DNA of 63,619 bases, counting the filler. It is 4 parts of 4 records of this genome, joined end to end, with 100 filler letters (N's around TTAATTAATTAA, not from the genome) between each part and the next. Parts side by side here need not be neighbours in the genome. Positions count along the whole stretch, not along the records: positions 17,372 to 45,322 come from SRR20825019_2751; positions 45,423 to 54,259 come from SRR20825019_2754; 2 more parts are not named here. One strand, 5' to 3'. The notes below the pieces were generated by a model that saw only the letters and a program-made list of their open reading frames with translations, was not told the origin of the DNA and searched no databases. Shown one piece after another: positions 40,201-49,623 of the stretch (its first letter is position 1; every line of letters starts with the position of its first letter). The translations under genes and the position numbers were made by a program.

Positions 40201-43200
40201 ATGTACGTGACTCGTACGGGTCCTTCACAGCCGCCCTTCTCACCTCCTTTATTGTTGTCAGCGGCGATGATTGGACGGACAAGATGCGGGCTGCAATGAG
40301 GCATTCCACAACTATATTCGACGACTTTGTGGCTGTTATATATTTCGTATCCCTTTTTATGATTGGCAACTACATCCTCATCAACCTCTTCGTCGCTATC
40401 ATTATGGACAAGCTAGAGGAGGAATACGAAAACATGAGACAGCGACGAGAGCGGTCTAAGAGGCACAAGACATCGGATGTGCTCATCCTCCCCACCCTTA
40501 TACTGCCCAATTTGGCCCAGTCCCAGGATGGCCGTTCGACCACCATTCGAAGGGACGTGTCCTCATTGGAGGACGGACCGAAGCAAGGCAAGAAGTTCTC
40601 AAACGAGGCGGTAGAGGATTACAACAAGTGGGACCAACGACTGCTGAGGTTTATCCACTGGTTGCTAGAGTACGAACTCGTCCCATGTGGGGAGAGTAAG
40701 AGTCTCTTCATCTTTGCGCCCGATAACATTATCCGCAAGGGTTGTAGGATTATACTAGGATCTAGGCTATTCAGCATAGGGCTGATCGCGCTACTGGTGG
40801 CCAACGTAGTATTCATTGCCTTTGAAGGCCAGCCCCCACCCCTTAGTACAGCAGTAGACAACAGTGAAGAGGTGTTCTGTGGTATCTTCATTGCCGAGAT
40901 GGTAATCAATATTATAGCTTACGGCCTCCTCCTACCGGGGGGTGTCAGTAAGGCGGAGGCTATTCTCGAACTACACAATGAAAGGAAGATAAAGGCCGAG
41001 GAGGAGGACCGCCTACGTGGGGAGGAGATGCGCGAGATCACACTTACCAATGAAGCCCTGAAGAGGGCCACAGATAGCACAACGAGTCCACTCGAAGGGG
41101 GAGACGATGGAAAAGATGCTGTCACCATTCCCCAGCTCGAGTCACCCCAACCTCCTACCCTATCTCAAGTAACCTCCGGTGCTGAGTCGGCATACATTGC
41201 TACAATCGAATCGGGGGACTATAAGATGATCGACACGGCCGAGTACAGCGGTAACTGGGTTACCGGTCCCGCCTACCTACGAGACTGGTTCAACATCGTC
41301 GATGCTGTAGTAACAATCACTGCACTTATCGGTTTGTTCGTGCCAACATTCAAGATCTTCCGCTCACTCCGAACTATCCGTCTGTTGAACAATATCGAGT
41401 CCACCCGAGTGGTCACCATTGCGCTCATCAAGGCGGTTTCCAACGTGCTGCATGGTCTCATCGTCGTGCTGTTCCTGTTTATTGTATTCGGAGTGATGGG
41501 GGTACAGTTCTTTAAGGGGAAGTTTTACCAGTGTAACGACCCCAACGTGTACCTCCGAGCCGACTGTGTTGGAAACTACACGTCCTTGGTAGAGGGACCC
41601 CTTTTCAGCTACCCCGAAGTTACAGAGCGTCAATTCGACCGTCTTAGTCTCAACTTTGATAATATCGGCTACTCCTTCGTTTCTATATTTGTAGTGGCCG
41701 TTGGGGATGGCTGGTCGCACATCATGTACAACGGTATGGATACCACCAGTGAGGGGGATGGGCTACGGTTTGGGGCCTCCAACTTCTACGCCGTCTTCTT
41801 CGTTGTTGCATTCATGTGTACAAACTTCTTTGCACTAAATATGATAGTAGGTATTCTTATTAGCTACTTCTCAAAGATGAAAGCAGAGAATGACGGATCC
41901 CTCGTCCTTACACCCAAACAACGCCTATTCCTCAAGGCCCGCTCAGCCATCGAAGCGTCGATGCACGACGTAGACATTGACCCTGCCAACAACCCTGTAT
42001 CCAAGGCTGTGTTCTGGTTCATCAACTACACACTCCCACAGCCCGAGTCTTGCATCTCCGACACAAATGAAGAGGGTCGTAGTGACGGCTATAGGAAGTG
42101 TAGAGACGTTTCCTTTGCCGTTCTTCGATTCTTCTCCCGCCAATCGGTATTTGACTACTGCATAATTCTGGTGGTTATCATCAACACCGTCTTCATTGCC
42201 ACCGTCAATACCGATATGTCCAAATCTCATATGGACCTACTAGAGACGATTAACTTTATAGCCCTCATCATCTACTCTCTAGAGGCATTGGTAAAGATGA
42301 TCGCCTACTTCCCTGCCCAATACTTCCTTGTCGCCTGGAATGTGTTCGATTTCCTCATCGTCGCCATCGGGTGGGTTGACTATGCCCTCCCCGGCATCCC
42401 CACGGTGGGGTTCCTACGTGTTCTTAGAATTACCAAACTACTTAGGGGTACAGGTGTGCAGCGCCTCCTGACCACCATCCTACTATCCGCTCGATCATTC
42501 GTCAATGTTACCCTCCTGTTCGTCTTAAATCTGTTCATCTTTGCAGCCGCCGGCGTTGTGCTATTCAAGGATGTAAAACTTAATGGCGTTTTGACAGAGA
42601 GCAACAACTTTCGTACCGTGCCCAATGCTCTCCTCTTACTATTCCAGATCGTCACCACTGAGAGTTGGGCAGATGTTATGCTCGCTACCGACCTTAGCCC
42701 CCCACAGTGCAGCCCAACAGGAGAGGACTGTGGGATGGGCGGGGCTAACGTTGCATTCTTCCTTCTTTTTATGGTGTTCGGTAACTTCGTCACCCTACAG
42801 CTATTCGTGGCTGTTATTGTCGAGACCTTTGAGGAGGCCACTGAGGATGATGCCGAGTCGGCTGTCAATGAGGACGATTCCGACGACATGGGATTCGGCC
42901 AGGACTCCCCAGCTGAGATATTGAAGGCCTTCAAAGAGCTGCGCGGCATTTGGGTAGAGAGGTTTGGAAAGAACCAACACCGTGTTACCGTTGCCGAGTT
43001 TGTGGCACTCCTGCCCTACTTACCAGTCGCCCTCACGATGAGCGCCGAGGAGATGAAGGCTCCCCACGAGCAACAGCAAGAGTCCGACCACGACGACTTG
43101 GATAATGCAATGCGACTCAGCGGTGCACAGCGATTAAAGTTCTCCCAGAATCTACTCAAGGAAACCCCATTCCTAATCCGATTCCTGGCATCTCTAGCAC

Positions 43201-43454
43201 TCCCAGTGGATTCGGAGGGTATGGTGCTGTACCGCGATGTGGTCTACTCGTTGGCGTACCGCAAGTTTAACATAGATGTACGTACCTATGCTAATATGCT
43301 ACATACAGCCATTTTCGTATTCCAAGCCTCCTTCACTGCAGCAGAGGAGTACTGCACACACATGATCCAAAAACGATGGAGGTTGTACCTCCTTTCCAAA
43401 AACAAATCTCGCCCAACTACCCCAAGGGAAGAGGTGCAGCAAATATGTAACTAA
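37263..43454 (+). CDS. Four-domain voltage-gated Ca2+/Na+ channel alpha subunit
   Basis: Four 6-TM repeats with Arg-periodic S4 segments, YLRNAWNVLDF, QFFKGKFYQC, four pore loops, IQ-like IQKRWR. Confidence 0.95.
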   Translation: MSHPERFNPLMPYPQSLEVSPEAPDIEPESTQDVLDPSHPRREASVVATTLSSSGRTSPDPYSNHFGICEEIRVDNDVKDDDDRYSARVESHHSEGSHRKDAALEVEDDGCCGLGSMRRKANRRAIKVWQVVTDFFTFTPLYRTVEEIEAMDVPTSCFVFSSTNPIRLYCLRVIQYSAFQGFILLCILVNSIILALDEPLVDRTDTTNSFMSVMDYILTAVFVIEMVVKVIALGFVLHRGAYLRNAWNVLDFIIVATSVLVTFVDVGGNLSALRVVRVLRPLRSINRIKKLKRLISGIFNALPAVTDNFFLFVFILFIFAVGGLQIFLNSLSNRCYLVPPTEDLSAIVPPVNLTMFANVTYPQLVATENRYCGGERVCEGAEVKTSESSGVVAFNSTCEIHRDVFYTRNLDFDNFFGAMLLTTKIMTGDNWPDNMQELIDSAGYYKAVIYLVLLITAGSFFCVNLFLAILTSSYGDTDGDEDDDNTDTDGREQEPDPYSPREIVVEGESSMLNSHAPQPGRLKDTATQCEVEYEGAFLEKQLDAIEREFCNVDEEETRKRVHMMLETRRRSFSRSPRGAPVVSLPESSEMPRITSPPSALKKDLPLNSESQHPERVSRQSFMLASSKNGVNASESVSVEMLDGNIPLRRQRSGNHSNHSNRSFPNVVGEDSFMGSAANLEPSQSLTDHPMSVHMLELPNLREPYTNLFTEDLKLSLIKAFHRQKRNELQQQRAIQGGPSVQAQQEAIAEAEDELIDTSDEGSDGDSATTHVTGYTDGASHSSTSKTKSSSISTKASLKRRIRRERQNQDDRAQWRKNLGSFVDSTPTLVFMTFITVLNITLLMADYYGIHEDVSDAFDIIGIVCTCLFGVEVSLKIIAQGFYKTVRNKLNLLDILLVFMSIPDMIVSGGSSAFSALRVIRLLRLLRLLKAFPSMQAVFASAARSVVGSGYLVMLIGLFLFVYAILGMQLFGSFYGVTDADVRDSYGSFTAALLTSFIVVSGDDWTDKMRAAMRHSTTIFDDFVAVIYFVSLFMIGNYILINLFVAIIMDKLEEEYENMRQRRERSKRHKTSDVLILPTLILPNLAQSQDGRSTTIRRDVSSLEDGPKQGKKFSNEAVEDYNKWDQRLLRFIHWLLEYELVPCGESKSLFIFAPDNIIRKGCRIILGSRLFSIGLIALLVANVVFIAFEGQPPPLSTAVDNSEEVFCGIFIAEMVINIIAYGLLLPGGVSKAEAILELHNERKIKAEEEDRLRGEEMREITLTNEALKRATDSTTSPLEGGDDGKDAVTIPQLESPQPPTLSQVTSGAESAYIATIESGDYKMIDTAEYSGNWVTGPAYLRDWFNIVDAVVTITALIGLFVPTFKIFRSLRTIRLLNNIESTRVVTIALIKAVSNVLHGLIVVLFLFIVFGVMGVQFFKGKFYQCNDPNVYLRADCVGNYTSLVEGPLFSYPEVTERQFDRLSLNFDNIGYSFVSIFVVAVGDGWSHIMYNGMDTTSEGDGLRFGASNFYAVFFVVAFMCTNFFALNMIVGILISYFSKMKAENDGSLVLTPKQRLFLKARSAIEASMHDVDIDPANNPVSKAVFWFINYTLPQPESCISDTNEEGRSDGYRKCRDVSFAVLRFFSRQSVFDYCIILVVIINTVFIATVNTDMSKSHMDLLETINFIALIIYSLEALVKMIAYFPAQYFLVAWNVFDFLIVAIGWVDYALPGIPTVGFLRVLRITKLLRGTGVQRLLTTILLSARSFVNVTLLFVLNLFIFAAAGVVLFKDVKLNGVLTESNNFRTVPNALLLLFQIVTTESWADVMLATDLSPPQCSPTGEDCGMGGANVAFFLLFMVFGNFVTLQLFVAVIVETFEEATEDDAESAVNEDDSDDMGFGQDSPAEILKAFKELRGIWVERFGKNQHRVTVAEFVALLPYLPVALTMSAEEMKAPHEQQQESDHDDLDNAMRLSGAQRLKFSQNLLKETPFLIRFLASLALPVDSEGMVLYRDVVYSLAYRKFNIDVRTYANMLHTAIFVFQASFTAAEEYCTHMIQKRWRLYLLSKNKSRPTTPREEVQQICN

Positions 43455-43618
43455 ATGCTCAACCCCCCGTATACTGACCATTACACTCCATGGTGGAAGG
43501 AGTCATTCACAATTATGTATGAATTAAGCTGATATCCCATCTATAATTTTTTTCGATGTTTTCGTTGTTGTTGTTGTTATTGTTTTATGATAGTATAAAC
43601 GTTGATATTTAAAAGCAG

Positions 43619-44302
43619 ATGTTGAGCGAAACTCAAAAACAAGCGGTAGAATTGAGGCTACTATCACTGGGGCTCCCAGCGGATTTAGCCAAGGTATCAG
43701 ATCGAGATGTGAGGGACGCACACAGGAGGATAGCCAAGTCCGACTATACAGCGGCCCCTGTATATCTTCGTCAGACTTCCCCGGATCCCGAGCCGAGACC
43801 AACACCCATCACACCTGGCCCCTCTCAATCTCCCCCACCATCCCATTCATATGTGAAGGGGGGAGGTAAGGTGCCCCCTCATGCCCAAGCGGAAGGCGTG
43901 CCGCGTTACATGTCCGATAGACCCTGTAATCGTCATGCCCTCAAATTAAGTGAGGATAAGGCCAACCAGCAACGCGAGGCAGAAAAGGCCGAGATAGCGG
44001 CCCATACCGAGGTGTTGGAGCGACGCCAAGCTGCCTACGAACGTGCGCATTCCCAACGAAAGAAGGAGCTGGAAGCCCTCAAGCCTGCCTTGGCGAAGTC
44101 GTCGTATGCCCAGGTATATTCGGCCCGCAGTGCCCTGTTTAGTGTTGCTCCTACCCCTAACGGACGTCGGCAGTCCGCAGCTACATCCAAAGCTACGGAT
44201 GCATCCAGGCCTCGATTCGGTTTCAACGAGGCATCGCCTACTGAGTGGAAGGCACACGAACATACTGGTGTGTCTAGGAAGCGGGGATCAATGAACTTGT
44301 AA
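43619..44302 (+). CDS. Hypothetical protein
   Basis: 227-aa ORF, AG directly before the ATG, fits cluster spacing. Confidence 0.7.
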   Translation: MLSETQKQAVELRLLSLGLPADLAKVSDRDVRDAHRRIAKSDYTAAPVYLRQTSPDPEPRPTPITPGPSQSPPPSHSYVKGGGKVPPHAQAEGVPRYMSDRPCNRHALKLSEDKANQQREAEKAEIAAHTEVLERRQAAYERAHSQRKKELEALKPALAKSSYAQVYSARSALFSVAPTPNGRRQSAATSKATDASRPRFGFNEASPTEWKAHEHTGVSRKRGSMNL

Positions 44303-44407
44303 ATGTAGATTCTACCATATTGTCATCCTTTAACTTTAAAATGCCATTTGCATCTAAAATGTCAATGTCACATGAATTCACTCTCAAAATTAATTTAGGA
44401 TTCTAAA

Positions 44408-45130
44408 ATGAAGCGTGCTCGTTCTGACCCCGTGGCTATCCCCGCCGCCATCATCACCAGCCTGGCCCGTATGCAGGATGGTCTTAATTGTTTTATCGAC
44501 AAGGATTGGCGCTCCAAGCGTTGCTGCCGTGATTGGACCCTGGCCTGTACCATCGAGGCCACCGAGCTGATGGACTCCTACCCCTGGAAGTGGTGGAAGA
44601 ACACCAAGGCCCAACCCGACTTTAACAACGTTAAGATCGAGTTAGTGGATATTCTTCACTTTGCCCTGTCAGGTACCATGCAGAAGGCAGGCCTCCCCAC
44701 CGATGACTCTGTGCTGCCCGTTGATGTCTCCACCACCATCCACGCCCCCCTCTCCGACACCAATAATGCTGTTACAACGTTCCTCAACGTTATCTACTTG
44801 GCCAAGCATAGCCGATTCGAGACCATCACTGAGATGGTCATTGCATCCGCCGACGACCTGTCCTTCAACTTGGTTGGGTACTACGTTGCCAAGCACACCC
44901 TCAACTACATCCGTCAGCTAGGCGGCTACAAGGACGGCACCTACGCCAAGGTCCAGCAGGGTAAGGAGGACAATGAGCTGCTCCACGATTGTATCGCCGA
45001 GGTGACCACTGAGGCCGTGTTGAACACCGAGAGCTACACTGCCGCATGGGACAAGATTATGGTGCTTGTCTACAATGCCTTCAAGGTTGGTGCCGAGGAG
45101 CGCCGTACTACCGCCTCCTGGGTAGAGTAA
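44408..45130 (+). CDS. Dimeric all-alpha dUTPase (trypanosomatid/Campylobacter type)
   Basis: MQDGLN, EATELMDSYPWKWWK, KIELVDILHF, KHTLNYIRQLGGYKDGTY, EDNE. Confidence 0.95.
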   Translation: MKRARSDPVAIPAAIITSLARMQDGLNCFIDKDWRSKRCCRDWTLACTIEATELMDSYPWKWWKNTKAQPDFNNVKIELVDILHFALSGTMQKAGLPTDDSVLPVDVSTTIHAPLSDTNNAVTTFLNVIYLAKHSRFETITEMVIASADDLSFNLVGYYVAKHTLNYIRQLGGYKDGTYAKVQQGKEDNELLHDCIAEVTTEAVLNTESYTAAWDKIMVLVYNAFKVGAEERRTTASWVE

Positions 45131-45274
45131 TAGAGTGCCCACGATAGAGGGACGATATACACCCAATATATATAATACTAAAGATTGATTGTTGTTGCTT
45201 TGATTGTGATTTAATGTTTTTGAACTTTCCCCGTCATATATTTTATAAAAAGCGCCTGTACGTACAAACAAGCA

Positions 45275-45322
45275 ATGGCTCCCCAGAAGTCTAACTCCGG
45301 CAAGCAGGTCGTCAAGTCCGCC
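45275..45322 (+). CDS. 5' fragment of the next gene (MAPQKSNSGKQVVKSA)
   Basis: ATG after an AT-rich spacer and AG; GC3-rich codons; cut by contig end. Confidence 0.5.
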
Positions 45323-45422
45323 NNNNNNNNNNNNNNNNNNNNNNNNNNNNNNNNNNNNNNNNNNNNTTAATTAATTAANNNNNNNNNNNNNNNNNNNNNN
45401 NNNNNNNNNNNNNNNNNNNNNN
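45323..45422. other. Artificial contig linker
   Basis: N44-TTAATTAATTAA-N44. Confidence 0.99.
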
Positions 45423-46029
45423 TATCCAGGCGCCTGAGGCCGGCGAGCGGCTCAAGTGTTCCTGACAGCTTGTTGTTGTCGAGAGTTAGGTAAAAAAGTG
45501 ACGTCATCCCACTAAGGCCACTGAGGTCCCCGGTCAGCCTGTTATTGTCGGCATAGAGCCAAATGATCTCGGTGCAATCCGCAAGATGGTCCAATGATCC
45601 AGTGATATCGTTGTAAGACAACCACACCTGCAGAAGCTTCTTTAGTTGCCCGACCCCCCTCAGTGTGCCTGTGAGCTTGTTGTTCCCGACTCCCAGCTGC
45701 GTAAGCTCCGTCAATGCCCCGATCTTGTCAAGATTACCAACGAGCCCATTATCCTCCAAGTTGATAGAGTACACCCGGCGGTCCTCGTCGTCCGTACAGG
45801 ATACGTTGTACCAGTCACAGTGGTCGCTGCCGTCAAGGGGCCACTTGGAGCGCCAGTTGGTGCAGCCAGTCGCCTCAGCAAACGCAATGAGCGCCGCGTG
45901 GTCAGCCGCGTACCCAGCCCCGCCAGTTCGCACGGACTCCGTCGGCACCGGAGCCGAGACGCCGCCGAGTACCACAGCGGCTAGTGACAACAGACTCCAT
46001 ACTAAGAACAGCATACGATCGTGGCCCAT
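45423..46029 (-). CDS. Secreted or surface leucine-rich-repeat protein (3'-truncated)
   Basis: Signal peptide, LRRNT cap HCDWYNVSC, plant-type repeats LxxNxLxG. Confidence 0.88.
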
Positions 46030-47037
46030 CTCGCCCGCGAGTAATGTGTGTTGTGGCAACGTCGGGTGCTGGGTGGTTGAAGTTCCATGATCACATCAAG
46101 AAATCAATATAGTACAGGTATCAAGGGGCCAGAGTCACCAGCTCTCTCTGCTGAGGCGCAGGGGCCCCGGGCCACCGCAGGTTCGGGGGCGTGGCGCCGG
46201 GGCCGCTAGGCGCGTCAGAGGCGTGTCCTCCTCGCCTTCTGATCTCTCGGCCATGCAGTGTCGCGCGCTGACAGCACACCCTGGCCGGGGCCGCGACTCA
46301 CTGGCCACCGGTGACGACCGAGTCGGCCGGCGGCTGCCGCCGCGGCGGGAGTCACTGTCATGGGCAGGCCGTTTCACTATCACTTCTGGTTCCGACACTG
46401 GAACCCGCCGCGACACGACGGGCCCGGCCCCGGCCGGCGGATCAGGGATCTCCGTCCCGCCGGGCGCCGTCGGGCAGGAAGGTGACCAAGTGACTGCCAG
46501 TGACGGGCGTGTGCCAGCATGGGCCGCGGGACTCAACGGTGGCCCGCGACGGATGTTTGTTGAGTCAGGTTAAGATCGTATTTCCAGAATCCGGTCAATC
46601 TGACTGAACTGAGGAGTCCTGCCGCTCCTCGCCGGGGGCGGCCTGCCAGTGCCCCCCGGTCCGTGCGCCCAACCAACCACTCACCCAAGCGGCCCCCCCG
46701 CCCGGGCCCGGCCGGTCGCGGCTCCCCGGGGCTCCCCGTGCCTGCTCAGTGCGAGGCCCGCGGCCGGCGACCGGACCCGGGCTCGCCCCCGCCCGCCCGT
46801 GCGCGTGAGCCCACCCGGTCCGGTCCCGCCGGCCCAGGGCACGGGCACCGCGCCCGGCGGGCCGCGCCGTCGGCCGCGGCCCGGGCTACGCGTGGCGCCC
46901 CACCGGGGCGTCTATCTAGCGACTCCTACCGCACAACAGCAGGTGAGGTGACTATCGAGCCTTTGAAACCGACGATACAATAAGTACTACTGCAGCGCAC
47001 GATTGAACTCAAAATACGCAGCAGACCGGTGGGTGCT

Positions 47038-49223
47038 ATGAACGGTACGTGACCGTAACTTTCGTTCCGTGGGTTCCACTCCAGTTGTGGAGCTTCTTTG
47101 GAGTTTTGACACGGTTGGGAAATTTCACTTTGGTCTAACTTGGACGTCCAGACGCTCCCGCCACAAGCGAATTGCCTGCAGCTCAAGAACAGGGCACTGC
47201 CCCCAAGGTTGAGAGCAGCGACCCCCTCGCCGGAGACAAGACCAAAGGCCTTACCGCGCGGCAATTGAAGCGGAAAGGACTCGATGCTGACGGGAACAAG
47301 CGCCAAACAGCCCGCCAGCGCCGCTCTGCCGAGTTGAATTCGTTTAAGGGTGAGCCCTGTTCCTTCTCCGGTCGTGAGGGGAAGATTTGTGTTTCTGTTG
47401 CTTTGTCTCGTCTTGGTTCCACTTGAAATATTTTCGCTCTTTTTGTTTTTCAATCCCGTAGGGGTTCCCGACGAGTTATCGCCATGGGCCATGCGCCGTA
47501 TCCCGTAACTCGCTTTGAAACGAGAAGTTCCACTCCTTTAAATCCTCTTGTCGTAGGCGCTCCCAAGAGATGTTGGTGCTGATTGTGGCTCAGACAGGGA
47601 CGTGGGACCCGTGGAAGGGTACAGCGATTGCTCATACGTCTTTACACTACCAACGGGTGAGTGTGTCATGGGGTTTCCTCCTTTGTATATCTATGTTCTC
47701 GTGCACTGACGATGTGTCTAATTCTCTACTAGGTCTTGAGAAGGTGGCACAATCAGAGGCGACTGAAGTCCTGGGGTCGCTGGGTGACAATGTACGAACC
47801 GAGTTGATGGATGGACGGCTTTTCCTGTCGGTTCAGGGAGATCTGACCCCATCAGATCCCCGTGTCGTGGGAGGAATACGAAAGATGAGGACTGTGGAGC
47901 GCGGCATGGGCAATATAGGGTAAGCTTTGGGATCCTTTTCATGGTGGTAACAATCCTTAGACCGACCGTTCGCCAGGGTCTCGGCAGGAATCAAGACGGA
48001 CTCTACTGATGTTGCACCGTTTCGGGCCATGGCTTCCTGCTTCAAAAAAGAGACGTGGGAAAAGGCACTCGCTGTCTTTGACGCTTACAGAGAGTGCGCT
48101 GAAGGAGGGTCGGGCGAGCCGGGCAAAGGGGACAAGGACAGGGTCGTGAAATTCAGAGTAACCGCCAAGAAAGGGAAGCATTCCTATGACAAGACGGCGG
48201 TGGCCAGTGCCTTTGCGGATGGTCTGATGCAGACGATGGGCGGGGTGTGGATCCCTTCGGTGCGTTTCAATTCACTTTTGCTAGAGGGTGGCCAGGTGCT
48301 GACCGTGGTATCTCCAGCTGCGTGATTACGACGTGGAGATATTGTTGCATCTGCAGCTGTACCTGTGCCATGTGTCAATATCGCTTGATAGCCGCTCACG
48401 CATGATGGCACACAATGATGAGGTACGTAATGCCCTTAGTCAGCAGATGTTCGTGCGGTTGGGGTTGAACGGGCATTTCAATGCAGAATGTGGACCGACA
48501 GCTTTCTTTCACGACACTGCGCCCTTCCGTGGTCCACAGCATGCTGCGCCTGGCGAGACATTGCCCCATTCCTGGCGCAACTATAGTCGACCCGATGTGC
48601 GGCAGTGGAACTCTGATGGAAGCTGCCGCTCTGGCGTACCCCGAAGCGTCTTGTATATCGGGCGATTTTGCGGATGTTGCCGGTGAGTCGGCTGTGCTGA
48701 TTGCACAGACGGGATCTGTCTTTCGAATGCTCAACTCCGTGGATACAGTTGAAAAGGCCAGGCACAACCTTGCGCAGCTTCCTTCGTCTGCAAGAGGACG
48801 TTACACCGTGGTGAAGTGGGATGCGACCATGCTGCCCCTGCGGGACGGCTCTGTTGACTCCATCATCACCGACATGCCCTTCGGGAAGCGGATGGGCCAC
48901 GCCAAGTCCAACAATGATATTTGTAAGGCTTCCATGCATATAGTTAGATCCCTAGTCACTGGCGGATTGACCATATTCTCACAGACCCCTTGGCGTTGGA
49001 GGAGTTCTATCGGGTGCTGCGACCGGGCGGGACTGCCATTCTGTTGACTACTGAAAAGGCACTTGTGCAGCGGTGCATGTCCAAGAATCGTTGGAAGACA
49101 CACAGCATCACGGCGGTGAACTTTGGCGGGATGGTGACATCGCTCTTCTGCCTCGGCAAGCCCAAGACCCACCCCAGAGCCGCAGCCCTTGCGGAGCAGG
49201 CGTCTGCTGGAGGGGATGGGTGA
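47038..49223 (+). CDS. THUMP-domain RNA m2G methyltransferase (THUMPD2/3, Trm14-like), multi-exon
   Basis: Spliced GT-AG exons give FTLPTG|LEKVA, TTLRPSV, DPMCGSGT, WDA, TDMPFGKR, EFYRVLRPGG; the junction near 47500-47570 is unresolved. Confidence 0.85.
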
Positions 49224-49500
49224 TGCGGCGGCTGAGTAGCAGACCGAGGAGTGGATTGAAGGGCCCGGCATGGCTGGTGTGAATTGTGAGATGGAGAGCG
49301 AGGAAATGATTCATGATGCGTGGCGTCTGACGGGTTGCAGGCACGCTCCTTGGTCGTGATGGGGCATCGTTATGGCCGCCCCGGAGACCCTCAGCCACGC
49401 GGGAGGGCCGCAGTGGTTTCCCCGGCGAGTCGCAAGGCGAGAACGATCGCTCACGTGAAGAATCAATGAAAAAAAAAGTGAAAAAAAAAAATAGAAATGC

Positions 49501-49506
49501 TTTATT
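49501..49506 (-). promoter_or_regulatory. Candidate AATAAA polyadenylation signal of the kintoun gene
   Basis: AATAAA about 120 nt after the stop, followed by T-rich tracts on the minus strand. Confidence 0.4.
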
Positions 49507-49623
49507 GAGCGCATGGTGCCGGCAGTCGATTCCGCCCAGCCCCAGCAGGACAAGCCCACACCGCCCATCAGGGTAATCATATAAAAATAACAGCCGTGAA
49601 ACGGCACGCAGACCGGCAGAACC

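Noticed and set aside
17372-45322. Active stop-codon reassignment in the kinetoplastid-like contig
   Set aside because: All genes are open and apparently complete under the standard code. Only TGA avoidance is supported, and it is reported as a finding.
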